Positions 44,566-55,100 of a DNA stretch of 64,000 nucleotides are shown in pieces. Under the pieces are notes generated by a model. That model was not told the origin of the DNA and did not search any database. It saw only the letters and a list, made by a program, of their open reading frames with translations. The position numbers and the translations under genes are program-made. Numbering within the stretch: position 1 is the first letter of the stretch; the number at the start of each line of letters is the position of its first letter. This DNA is from an uncultured Eubacteriales bacterium (GTDB lineage: Bacteria > Bacillota > Clostridia > Oscillospirales > CAG-272): NCBI GenBank assembly GCA_905210485.1, contig CAJLXA010000003.1, positions 6,152 to 70,151 on the forward strand, written 5' to 3'.

Positions 44566-44594
44566 TTGACAAGCAAGGCTTGCTGTGATATTAT
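44566..44594 (+). promoter_or_regulatory. Sigma-A-type promoter of the 7-gene cluster, with a palindromic spacer
   Basis: TTGACA (44566-44571), 17-nt spacer containing AGCAAG-G-CTTGCT, then TATTAT (44589-44594). It is followed by a roughly 115-nt structured leader. Confidence 0.55.
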
Positions 44595-44715
44595 TTTCAT
44601 ATGTTTAATGGCTATCTATGCCCATATTATACATAAATAGTCTATTAGGAATTCCGCTTTGGCGCTCTGCACTGTGCGCCACACGGTATTCTTCCGCAAA
44701 TTTTAGGAGGAGCAA

Positions 44716-47700
44716 TTGTCAATGAAAAAAGCAAAGTTCACCCGCGCGGCGGCGTTCTTACTTGCCATGATTATGGCGGTAGGTTCTCTTTTCACTCTCG
44801 CCTCCGCCTCTACGGAGTATGAGGACAACACGGGAAATACGGGTACGATCACGACACCGACGTATTCTTCCACCTCGTACGCCGCTTATCTGGCTGCACA
44901 GGCGGCGCTTCGCCGTCCGGCGCACTCCACGGCATCGGATGCCGAGATCATCAAGCAGAACAAAGGAAAGAACGAAATTTACCTTTCGCTCGGTGATTAT
45001 ACGGTCGACGCCGTTTCCACAAGAAGAGGCGTCTATCTCAACGGTATCAATGCCTCCGATCCTTCCGTAACGCTGGCGGGTTATGCTGCCGCCGTCGAGA
45101 ATCTTCCCGACGGGACAACGACGATCTATCTTCCCGAATCCGGCTCGGTTTCCTGGAAGATCAATGTGCCTGACGCAGGATTCTACGGTGTGCGTATCGA
45201 GTATTATCCTCTCGCTGTTGACGGTAAAATTTCTTCCGCCGAAAAGAAACTTCTGGTGGACGGGGAACTCCTTTTCAGCGAATGTACCTCACTTGCTTTT
45301 GACAAACTCTGGACCTATCAATACGTTTATCGGGAAAATGAAAACGGTGCTTACATTTTCGTTGCCGATGAGAACGGTACATATACCTTGTCTGTGAACG
45401 GCGCGGATGTGAAAGGCGAATATTACCTTGCCACGTTGGCGGATTCCCAGAACAAGACTTCGGCCGACGGTAAAAAATACGAGCGTGGATTTGCGCAGGA
45501 TATCAACGGGAACGATATGCGTTCGGATTGCGCGCAGAACCCCGCATGGCTTACATACACGCTTCAGGATCCGAACGGTCTTTATACCGAAGATCTTCAG
45601 ATTTATTTCAGTGCGGGCGAGCACGAACTGACGCTCGGCGGTATCCGCGAAGGATTGCTTGTCAAGTCCATCGTCCTTTTCCCGACCGAAGATCAGCTGA
45701 CGTATGCCGACTACAGCGATAAGGTGAAAGATCTTCCCGATCATTCCGGAGACGGAAGCATCATCAGGATCGAAGCGGAAAAACCCGACCTGATCTCCGA
45801 TTCTTCCGTTTATCCGACAAACGACCGCAGTTCTTCTCTCAACAGCCCGACGAATCCTTCTTCCCAGCTTCTCAACGTTATCGGTAAAGAAGGCTATTCG
45901 ACGGCAGGGCAGTGGGCTTCGTACACGTTCGCCGTGACCAAATCCGGTTACTATAATTTTGTATCCCGCTTCAAACAGACCACGCTTGAAGGTATGTTTG
46001 CGACCCGCGCTTTGAAACTCTGGTCTTCGGACGGTGAGTTCGGCCTTGTGGACGGAACCGCAACGGCGCCTTTCGCCGAGGCCAATAATATACGTTTCAA
46101 TTATGCCAACGCATGGCAGACGACAAAGTTCGGTTATTACGACGCCGATAACGCTTTCCATGAATTTACCTTCTATTTAAAGGAAGGCGTGGAATACCAC
46201 ATAGTTCTTGAGGTCAGCCTCGGCGATATGGCTACGGTTATTGATACCGTTGAAAATTCTTTGTCCGTTATCAACGATTGCTACCTTAATATATTGAAAC
46301 TCACCGGCACACAACCCGATGAATACCGTTCCTACAACTTCAACCGCGTCATGCCGAATACGGTGCGCAACCTGAAGAACCAGGCCGCCGTACTGACGGG
46401 CGTTGTTGACGAGATGAAACGTATCTGCGGCGTGTCCGGCTCCAACACCGCAACGCTGAATACCATTGCGATTCTGCTTGAGAAGATGGGCAGTGACGAA
46501 GATGAAATCGCGCCCAATCTCGGCAACCTCAAGTCTTACATCGGTAACCTCGGTACGTGGCTGAACACGGCAAAACAGCAAATGATCATGATTGACTATA
46601 TGACGGTACAGCCCACGGACGCAAAACTTCCCCGCGCCAATTCAAACTTCTTCCAGTCCGCATGGTTTGAAATCCGCGCATTTGTTTCCAGTTTCTTTAC
46701 CGATTATAACGCTATGGGCGTTACCTCGGAAATGTCCAAAGAAAACAGCATTGACGTATGGCTTGCCTACGGTCGTGACCAGTCGCAGATCTGGCGTAAC
46801 CTTATCGACGACGATTTCACTTCCGAAACCGGTATCCCTGTCACATTGAAACTGGTTACAGCCGGTACGCTTCTGCCTTCCGTTCTTTGCGGCAAAGGCC
46901 CTGACGTTTACATCGGCCTTGCGGCGGGCGACACTATCAACTATGCAATCCGCAGCGCCATCACCCCGCTCTCGCAATTTGAAGATCTGAATGATTTTGT
47001 TATCGGCCCCGACGCCGAAAATCCCCGTTTTGCCCCCTCCGCACTGGTTCCGCTTCAACTTTACGGCGAAACGTACGGTATTCCCGAAACTTCTTCCTTC
47101 TCCATGATGTTCATACGTAACGACATTCTGGAAAACCTCGGCATAGCGGTTCCCGAAACATGGGACGATCTTCTTGCCGCCGTTCCTGTTCTGCAGGCGA
47201 ACAACATGCAGATCGGTACTTCCTATGCTTCTCAGTTCAATATGTATCTCTATCAGCGCGGCGGCGGTCTGTGGCTCTATAACGGCACGGACGGCTATGC
47301 GTATGACGATGACTACGCCGGCGCACAGATCGGATACGGCACCAACACGGCGCTGGACGCTTTCGCCGATGTCTGCCGTTTGTATACCGACCTTTCTTTC
47401 CCGGTAACGTTTGACGCGGCCAACCGTTTCCGTACGGGCGAAGTTCCGCTTATGATTGCCGACTACGTGACTACTTACAACCAGTTGACGGTTTTTGCAA
47501 CCGAAATCGCCGGTATGTGGCAGTTCACGCTGATCCCCGGAACAGAGAAATCGATTTACGATGAAAACGGCGATCCTGTATATGACGTTGAGACCGGCCT
47601 GCAGAAAACCTATGTTGATCACACATCCATGACGACGGTGACGGCAACGGTTATGCTGCATAATGACAAACGCAGTGCAGAGGATACGCTCCACGCGTGG

Positions 47701-48090
47701 GAGTTCATGAAGTGGCAGGGCGGTGATAAGGCGCAGGCCACTTACGGTAACAAGATGGTTGCCCTTATCGGTCCTTCCGCCAAATATGCCAGTGCCAACA
47801 CGGTCGCTATCAGCAACCTTTCCTGGACGGCAACGGAACTTGCAAATATCAAGGCACAGCTTAACGAACTTGCCGCCATTGAAAACTACCCCGGTTCTTA
47901 TTATGTGGCCCGTTATGTACAGTTTGCCTTCTACAATGTCGTGAATGACGGCGCCGATCCTGCAGATGCTTTGCAGAGTTACATCAATACGATCAATAAA
48001 GAAATCACCCGTAAACGTCAGGAGTTTGAATTGCCGACTCTGGATATCGGTCAGACTCCCGAACAGGCCAGAAAAGCGGCCGGCAACTGA
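44716..48090 (+). CDS. Giant secreted ABC substrate-binding protein: signal peptide + two CBM-like beta-sandwich modules + helical spacer + family-1 SBP domain
   Basis: 1124 aa. Signal MSMKKAKFTRAAAFLLAMIMAVGSLFTLASAS with no Cys. CBM-like segments GSVSWKINVPDAGFYGVRIEYYPL and IRIEAEKPD...GQWASYTFAVTKSGYYNFVSRF. The C-terminal ~480 aa are SBP-like (IDVWLAYGRDQSQIWRNLIDDDF...GKGPDVYIGLAAGDT). Confidence 0.7.
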   Translation: MSMKKAKFTRAAAFLLAMIMAVGSLFTLASASTEYEDNTGNTGTITTPTYSSTSYAAYLAAQAALRRPAHSTASDAEIIKQNKGKNEIYLSLGDYTVDAVSTRRGVYLNGINASDPSVTLAGYAAAVENLPDGTTTIYLPESGSVSWKINVPDAGFYGVRIEYYPLAVDGKISSAEKKLLVDGELLFSECTSLAFDKLWTYQYVYRENENGAYIFVADENGTYTLSVNGADVKGEYYLATLADSQNKTSADGKKYERGFAQDINGNDMRSDCAQNPAWLTYTLQDPNGLYTEDLQIYFSAGEHELTLGGIREGLLVKSIVLFPTEDQLTYADYSDKVKDLPDHSGDGSIIRIEAEKPDLISDSSVYPTNDRSSSLNSPTNPSSQLLNVIGKEGYSTAGQWASYTFAVTKSGYYNFVSRFKQTTLEGMFATRALKLWSSDGEFGLVDGTATAPFAEANNIRFNYANAWQTTKFGYYDADNAFHEFTFYLKEGVEYHIVLEVSLGDMATVIDTVENSLSVINDCYLNILKLTGTQPDEYRSYNFNRVMPNTVRNLKNQAAVLTGVVDEMKRICGVSGSNTATLNTIAILLEKMGSDEDEIAPNLGNLKSYIGNLGTWLNTAKQQMIMIDYMTVQPTDAKLPRANSNFFQSAWFEIRAFVSSFFTDYNAMGVTSEMSKENSIDVWLAYGRDQSQIWRNLIDDDFTSETGIPVTLKLVTAGTLLPSVLCGKGPDVYIGLAAGDTINYAIRSAITPLSQFEDLNDFVIGPDAENPRFAPSALVPLQLYGETYGIPETSSFSMMFIRNDILENLGIAVPETWDDLLAAVPVLQANNMQIGTSYASQFNMYLYQRGGGLWLYNGTDGYAYDDDYAGAQIGYGTNTALDAFADVCRLYTDLSFPVTFDAANRFRTGEVPLMIADYVTTYNQLTVFATEIAGMWQFTLIPGTEKSIYDENGDPVYDVETGLQKTYVDHTSMTTVTATVMLHNDKRSAEDTLHAWEFMKWQGGDKAQATYGNKMVALIGPSAKYASANTVAISNLSWTATELANIKAQLNELAAIENYPGSYYVARYVQFAFYNVVNDGADPADALQSYINTINKEITRKRQEFELPTLDIGQTPEQARKAAGN

Positions 48091-48131
48091 CGGCCGCCTC
48101 TGCAAGCAAAAACTATTGAAGGAGATAAGTC

Positions 48132-49079
48132 ATGCCACAAATAAATGAGACAAAGCGCCCGGTATCCCGCAAGGATATGACGAGAGCGCAGTGGACATGG
48201 AAAGAAATAAAGAACAACAAAGTCGCGTATCTGATGGTGGCGCCGTTCTTTATTCTCTTCGTTGTCTTCACTGTATTCCCGGTTATTTTGTCTATGTTCC
48301 TGAGCCTTACGGAATTCAACCTTTTGGAAATGCCGAAATGGGTTGGTCTGCAGAACTATATCCGGCTCTTCCTTGACGACGATATTTTTATCATTGCATG
48401 TAAAAACACACTGATCTTCGCGGCGATCACGGGACCCGTTTCCTACATCATGTCGTTTCTCGTCGCATGGTTCATTAACGAACTTCCTCCCAAGATCCGT
48501 GCGGTTGTTACGCTGGTCTTCTACGCACCGTCCATTTCCGGCTCGGTGTATATGGTTTGGAAGATTCTGTTCTCCAGTGACTCTTACGGCTGGGTCAACG
48601 GTCTTCTTATTAAGTATAACATTATTGACAGCCCAATCCTGTGGTTTGAAAATGCCAGTTACGTTATGCCGCTCTGTATTGTGGTGGCATTGTGGACATC
48701 GCTCGGTACGGCGTTCCTGTCTTTTATCGCCGGTCTTCAGACCGTGGACAGAAGCCTTTACGAAGCGGCGGCCGTGGACGGTATCAAAAACCGTTGGCAG
48801 GAAGTGTGGTACATAACGCTTCCGAAGATGCGTCCGCAGTTGATGTTCGGTGCCGTTCTTTCCATTACAAACGCGTTTGGTTTCGGTGCGGTTGTTACGG
48901 CGCTTGCCGGTTTCCCGTCCGTCGACTATGCGGCATGGACGATCATGCACCATCTTGACGACTACGGCGGACAACGTTACGAAGTCGGCTATGCTTCGGC
49001 AATCGCCGTATTCCTGTTCGTAATCATGATCGGCAGTAACATACTGATCAAGAAGATACTTTCAAAGGTGGGACAATAA
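48132..49079 (+). CDS. ABC sugar-type permease (MalF/LplB-like), pair 1
   Basis: 315 aa with 6 TM segments. EAA loop SLYEAAAVDGIKNRWQEVWYITLP. Confidence 0.88.
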   Translation: MPQINETKRPVSRKDMTRAQWTWKEIKNNKVAYLMVAPFFILFVVFTVFPVILSMFLSLTEFNLLEMPKWVGLQNYIRLFLDDDIFIIACKNTLIFAAITGPVSYIMSFLVAWFINELPPKIRAVVTLVFYAPSISGSVYMVWKILFSSDSYGWVNGLLIKYNIIDSPILWFENASYVMPLCIVVALWTSLGTAFLSFIAGLQTVDRSLYEAAAVDGIKNRWQEVWYITLPKMRPQLMFGAVLSITNAFGFGAVVTALAGFPSVDYAAWTIMHHLDDYGGQRYEVGYASAIAVFLFVIMIGSNILIKKILSKVGQ

Positions 49080-49080
49080 T

Positions 49081-49968
49081 ATGGCGAGACAAAAATTGCA
49101 GAAATTAAGAACCCGCAATCATCGCGTTGTCCTTAACCGTTCCTACGGCGGCGACGCCGGCATTACGTTTTTCCTCGTCATCATGGGCGCTTTCATGTTC
49201 CTGCCGATGCTTTACCTCATTCTGCAGTCGCTGAAGCCTCTTGATGAACTCTGGATTTTTCCGCCGAGATTCTATGTTGTGAATCCGACGCTCCAGAATT
49301 TCGCCGACCTGTTCTCCCTTATGAACGACTCGTGGGTACCGTTTTCGCGTTACATATTCAACACCGTTTTCATTACGGTGTGCGGTACTTTCGGCAACCT
49401 GATCATCGGATCGCTCGGCGCTTATGCGTTGGCAAAGATGAAATTCCCGGGACGTCAGTTCATCTTCCAGATTATCGTGCTTTCGCTGATGTTCCATCAG
49501 ACGGTAAACCAGGTGGCGCACTTCATTATCCTCGGCGCGCTCGGTTGGGTCGACACCTATCTTGCCATCATCGTTCCGGCCCTGGCAACGACGATGGGCG
49601 TTTACCTGATGAAGCAGTTTATGGAATCTTCGGTTTCCGACGCGGTTCTCGAAAGCGCGCGTCTTGACGGCGCAAGCGAATTCCGGATCTTCCTTACCAT
49701 CGCCATGCCGATGGTAAAGCCGGCCTGGCTGACGCTGATCATCGAATCGTTCCGCGGCCTTTGGAACACCGGCGCTTCGATTTACATTCATTCGGAACAG
49801 TTGAAAACTTTCAACTATGCCATTACGCAGATCGTTGCCGGCGGTATTGCCCGTACCGGTGCGTCGGCGGCCGCTTCCGTGGTCATGATGCTCGTTCCGA
49901 TTACCGTATTTGTTATTAACCAGAGTAAAGTCATCGAAACGATGGGTACTTCGGGTATGAAAGATTAA
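49081..49968 (+). CDS. ABC sugar-type permease (MalG/LplC-like), pair 1
   Basis: 295 aa with 6 TM segments. EAA loop AVLESARLDGASEFRIFLTIAMP. It starts 1 nt after the preceding stop. Confidence 0.88.
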   Translation: MARQKLQKLRTRNHRVVLNRSYGGDAGITFFLVIMGAFMFLPMLYLILQSLKPLDELWIFPPRFYVVNPTLQNFADLFSLMNDSWVPFSRYIFNTVFITVCGTFGNLIIGSLGAYALAKMKFPGRQFIFQIIVLSLMFHQTVNQVAHFIILGALGWVDTYLAIIVPALATTMGVYLMKQFMESSVSDAVLESARLDGASEFRIFLTIAMPMVKPAWLTLIIESFRGLWNTGASIYIHSEQLKTFNYAITQIVAGGIARTGASAAASVVMMLVPITVFVINQSKVIETMGTSGMKD

Positions 49969-49984
49969 AAAGGAGAGAAGAGAA

Positions 49985-52171
49985 ATGAAAAAGAAAATTT
50001 CCGCATTGTTGCTTTTTCTCCTTTGTGCGGTGATGCTTTTCGGAACGGTATCTTCCGTTGCCGTAGAGCCTTACCAGACATACACGTATTCCATCGACGG
50101 CAAGGCTCTGTATTCTCCGGCGGCGTATACGCCCGCTATGACGGTTGATTACAAGTATATGGGACTTGCCAACAACTTTCAGTCGGTTGACGATCTTTTC
50201 GTAGGTCCGGATAACCGAGTATATCTTGTTGATGCCGGTGCCAGCTCCGTTTACGTGCTGTCTCCCTATTATCAAATTGAGAAGAAATCCGACGGCAAAG
50301 ATTTTGTGCTGAATACGTTTTATAACGGGACTTCGCAGGATAAACTCAACAGTCCTAAAGGCGTCTTTGTCAACGACGAATGTATTTATGTATGCGACAC
50401 CGAAAATTACCGCATTGTTGTGTTTGATCTTGACGGTAATTTCCTGCGCATCATTCCTCGTCCGCAGTCCTCGCTTTTCGGAACCGATTCCACGTATAAA
50501 CCCGTTGCTATGGCTGTTGACCAGTACGGACGTCTTTTCGTGATTTCCTCAACAACCTATCAGGGCGTCATTGTTATGACCGAAGACGGAACATTTACCG
50601 GCTTTATCGGCGCTCAATCGGTTACATACTCCATTGTGGATATTATCTGGCGCCGTTTCCAGACAAAGGAACAGCGCGAGAATTCGGTGCAGTATGTTTC
50701 TACCGAATATAATAACATCACGATCGACGACGACGGATTCATCTACGTTACGATTCAACAGCAGGATCTTGAAAAACAGCAGGCTTCTCTGGAAGCGAAA
50801 GACTATGAGTATGCCCCTGTCAAAAAACTGAACTCCTCCGGCTCCGAGATCATGAAGCGTAACGGTTTCTTCGGACCGGGCGGTGACGTTGACGTGCAGA
50901 ATTCCACGACCGAAAGCGGCGTACCTACAGGTCCGTCCATTATTGAGGACGTGGCTATCGGCCCGGAACAAACCTATTCGATCATTGATACCAAGCGTAA
51001 TAAGATTTTTACGTATGACCAGAACGGCAACCTGCTCTTCGCGTTCGGCGACAGCGGTATTCAGCTCGGCAATACGGCAAAACTGAATGCCATCACCTAT
51101 CAGAAATACGGTGACGCAGGAAAAGACGGAACGGTTAAGCATAAACTTCTGACGCTGGACAGTTCGACAAAAATGATTACGGTCTTCACATGTACGGAAT
51201 ACGGCAATCTTCTTTATTCCGCACTGAATTATGAAAACAATCGTGATTATGTCAATTCGGTCATAGCGTGGAAGAGCGTTCTTGCCCGCAACAATAACTT
51301 TGACGCGGCGTATATCGGCGTCGGTAAGGCTTATTACCGTGAGGGCGAGTACGAGCAGGCTATGGAATATTTCAAAGCCGCTTACGATACCGAAAACTAT
51401 TCCAATGCGTACTCCGAAGTACGTAAAGAGTGGGTTTCCAAGTACCTTATCGTGATTCCGATTGTGGTCATCGTTGTGTTGTTCGCGCTTCTGAAACTGG
51501 GGGCTTATGCAAACAAAGTCAATGTGGCCACAGCGACGAAAGGCGGCAAACGCACTTTCAAAGAGGAACTTCTGTATTCTTTCCATCTGAAGTACCACCC
51601 GTTTGACGGCTACTGGGATCTGAAACATGAAAAACGCGGCTCGGTTCGCGCGGCGTTGGTGATCCTCGTTGTGACGATCCTGTGCTTCTACTATCAATCG
51701 GTCGGCACCGGCTATCTTCTGAATCCGGAGGGAACCTATTCCACAATCTGGGTACAGCTCATTGCCGTAATAATCCCGCTTTTGTTGTGGGTCGTCGCCA
51801 ACTGGTGTCTTACCACATTGTTCGACGGTGAGGGTTCGCTGAAGGACGTATTTGTCGCTTCGTGCTACAGTCTGGCGCCTCTTCCGCTTCTTCTCATCCT
51901 CTCGACGGCATTGTCCAACATCGTTACGAGCGCTGAAGCGCAGATCGTGCAGTTCCTGATTGTCCTCGGCTATATCTGGGTGGGATTCCTCCTGTTCTTC
52001 GGTACCATGGTGACGCACGACTATTCGCTCGGTAAAAACTTCATTACCGTCATCGGAACGATTGTCGGTATGTGTATTATTATGTTCGTAGCCGTTCTGT
52101 TCTCAAGCCTTCTCGGAAAGATGATATCTTTCGTGTCCAACATCATCGTTGAAATCAACTATCGTCTATAA
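49985..52171 (+). CDS. Signal peptide + six-bladed NHL-repeat propeller + TPR + Yip1-family membrane domain fusion
   Basis: 728 aa. NHL blades are visible (LNSPKGVFVNDECIYVCDTENYRIVVFDLDGNF; YGRLFVISSTTYQGVIVMTEDGTF; IIDTKRNKIFTYDQNGNLLFAFG). A TPR-like segment follows (GVGKAYYREGEYEQAMEYFKAAYD), then a TM segment, then HPFDGYWDLKHEKRGS and 5 TM segments (Yip1-like). Confidence 0.65.
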   Translation: MKKKISALLLFLLCAVMLFGTVSSVAVEPYQTYTYSIDGKALYSPAAYTPAMTVDYKYMGLANNFQSVDDLFVGPDNRVYLVDAGASSVYVLSPYYQIEKKSDGKDFVLNTFYNGTSQDKLNSPKGVFVNDECIYVCDTENYRIVVFDLDGNFLRIIPRPQSSLFGTDSTYKPVAMAVDQYGRLFVISSTTYQGVIVMTEDGTFTGFIGAQSVTYSIVDIIWRRFQTKEQRENSVQYVSTEYNNITIDDDGFIYVTIQQQDLEKQQASLEAKDYEYAPVKKLNSSGSEIMKRNGFFGPGGDVDVQNSTTESGVPTGPSIIEDVAIGPEQTYSIIDTKRNKIFTYDQNGNLLFAFGDSGIQLGNTAKLNAITYQKYGDAGKDGTVKHKLLTLDSSTKMITVFTCTEYGNLLYSALNYENNRDYVNSVIAWKSVLARNNNFDAAYIGVGKAYYREGEYEQAMEYFKAAYDTENYSNAYSEVRKEWVSKYLIVIPIVVIVVLFALLKLGAYANKVNVATATKGGKRTFKEELLYSFHLKYHPFDGYWDLKHEKRGSVRAALVILVVTILCFYYQSVGTGYLLNPEGTYSTIWVQLIAVIIPLLLWVVANWCLTTLFDGEGSLKDVFVASCYSLAPLPLLLILSTALSNIVTSAEAQIVQFLIVLGYIWVGFLLFFGTMVTHDYSLGKNFITVIGTIVGMCIIMFVAVLFSSLLGKMISFVSNIIVEINYRL

Positions 52172-52196
52172 CGGTAAACGCATAGGAGTGAATAAA

Positions 52197-55100
52197 ATGA
52201 AAATGAAAAATATATTGTCTATGCTTCTTGCCGTCGTCATGGTGTTTGCTTGCGTAAGCGGACTTTTCGGTACCGTTTCCGTGAAAGCGGCCGATGATAC
52301 GGACGATGGCGAAGAAGATCTGAAGCCTTATGAAGTGGCGGCGGCCGCGGCATTGCAAAATGCCTATACGTCGATCAGCGAGAAAGTTCGCCGCGAAAAT
52401 ACTGCCGGATATACCCGCCTTGTGGCAACATCCGCGGACGGCAGTTATGAGCTTCACGCCAATGTGTACACCGGTGAAGTGTACTATAAAAACACAAAAA
52501 CCGGTCAGTTCCTGTCCACAAACCCGGCTTCGCTTTCCAGTGTGGCAACAGCGCAGAAGCCGTTGGCTTTGTCACAGCTCAGCGTCAAGTATATGGATCT
52601 CACCGGCACTACCGCTACTATGGTCAGTTTTACGGAGGCGGCACAGCGCGGTCAGGTTACCATCAAACAGATTCGTAACGGTATACGCGTCGAATATACC
52701 ATCGGCCGTACCGATACGAACTATCTGTTGCCCGGCTGGATTACCGAGGACCGTTTTGAATCCCTGATTCTGACGCCTATCTGCAACTACATTCTTCAGA
52801 TCATTTCCGACGAAGCATATGAAGATGTAGATATTGAAGTTCTTCAGAACAAATATGCGGAGTATGTAGCCGAGTATGAAGAAAATCCCAAATTGCACGC
52901 GGAAAGCTATGCCGATCAGTACGCATTGCTTTCTGTGGGTGACGAATACGGCGTGGATCTTACCGATTCCACGTACTCCAAAGCCGCCAATATCGCGTAC
53001 TTCCAGTACATGAGAATCCGCGCAACGTATGCGTTGCAGGATCCGAATGACCTGGCGGACGGCAGCGACGCAAAGATCGAGCTTCTTGCCAAGTATAAAA
53101 TCTGCTCGCAGGTCGATAAGGATACGGGTAAGTTTTATGTGATTTATACGGTTGACGACACGTTGCCCGATAAATCGAAAAAACTTTACGAATCGTATAT
53201 CAAAACCTACTGTGCCGAAACGTATACGTACGACGACAAGGCGTACGATACCGAAGAAACTGGTTATGTTTCAACGGACGAGGCGCCGGCGTTCTTCCGT
53301 ATGGCATTGGAATATTCCATTGCCGATGACGGAACGCTTTCGGTTCGCCTGCCCGCGAACAGTATCCGCTATGACAGCACGAACTTCACCCTTCTCAGCG
53401 TGGACGTTCTGCCGTTCTTCGGAGCCGGTAATGTCAATGACGAGGGATATGCTTTCTATCCGGACGGAAGCGGCGCGCTCCTTGAGTTTTCCGACCTCCG
53501 TTCTCAGGTGTCTGCCGGTTCGCTGACAAACCGTGTATACGGCGAAGATTATGTTTACTACAAAATTTCCGCCAAACACCAGGAATCCATTCGTATGCCT
53601 GTGTACGGTATTGTCGATACGTCGAAGAGAACGACGCAGATTACCGAACTGGACTATGACCGCGTCACCGGCGAAATTATTGAGACAAAGAAAGATATTG
53701 TCACTTCCGAAACGACAGGATTTGTCGCTTATCTTACGGAAGGCGAAGCACTTGCCTCGCTGACAGTGGCTTTCGGCGGTTCGAGCGCACATAACTATAC
53801 GTCGATCTATCCGACGTATACACCGACGCCAACCGACTCTTATAAACTCGTCGACGCTATCTCGGTCAGCACGGACGCGACCGAATGGACAGTGGCATCC
53901 AAGAAAAAATATACCGATAATTTCACGATCCAGATCCAGATGCTGAGTGATACGGCGAAAGCCACCGAAGCCGGAATCACGAATTATTACGAAGCTTCGT
54001 GGATCGGCATGGCTCAGGCTTATCGTGACTTTATATGGAAAGGGAAGAATTCGTTTACTTCCGCCGATGTCTCGGACTCTCTGCCTTTGTACATCGAATC
54101 GTTCGGTACGGTAAAGGCGACCGACAAAATCCTGTCGATTCCTGTCACCGTCGACAAAGCGCTGACCACGTTTGACGATGTTATCACCATGTATAAGGAA
54201 CTTTCCGCATATAAAACCGATTGTGAAGCCAAAGCGGCCGAATATGTGCAAAAAGCCGCGGCCGCACGCAACGAAAACAATATCATATTGGCGGAAGAAT
54301 ATGAAAAGACGGCAGCGGAGTACGCCGAAAAAGCCGCCGCATCTTCCGATATGTCCAATATCAAGTTCAAGTTGACTGGTTTTGCAAACGGCGGTATGAC
54401 CGCTACATATCCGAACAAGGTAAAATGGATGAAGTCCGTAGGCGGCGCTCGCGGCTTTGAAAAACTGCTCAACTATGCCGCAAACGATACAAACGGCAAA
54501 CTCGGCATTTATCCCGAATTTGAATTTTCGTATGTAGCGAACAAAAAGTCTTTTGACGGCATTTCGCTGAAAGCGGACGCCGCACGTTCGGTCGACAACC
54601 GCTATGCAAGCCAGGCTGTGTATGACTGTGTGTATCAGACATTCACGACCTACTTCCATGTGCTGATGTCTCCCGACGCCATCGCCAAGCATTACGCGAA
54701 ATTCACGAAATCCTATAGCAAGAATAAAGGTGTGACCGGTATTTCGGCTTCCTCGCTCGGCAGCGACCTCAACTCTTCGTTCTCGGAAGACAATCCGCAG
54801 AACCGTGAAGACTCCAAGTCGATTCTGTCCGACGTACTGGCCGATATGAAAGAAGAATACGGTTCGGTCATGATTTCCGGCGGCAATGCTTATACATTGA
54901 AATTCGCCGATCATATCATTGACATTCCGCTTGACAGTTCCAACTACAAGTACTCGTCGAGGACAATACCGTTCATCGGTATGGTGCTTCACGGCTACGT
55001 GAACTATGCGGGCGGCGCTACCAACGAAGCAGGCGACAGTAAGTATCAGCTTCTGCGCTCGATCGAAAACGGCGCGTCTCTCTATTACATTCTTTCGTAT

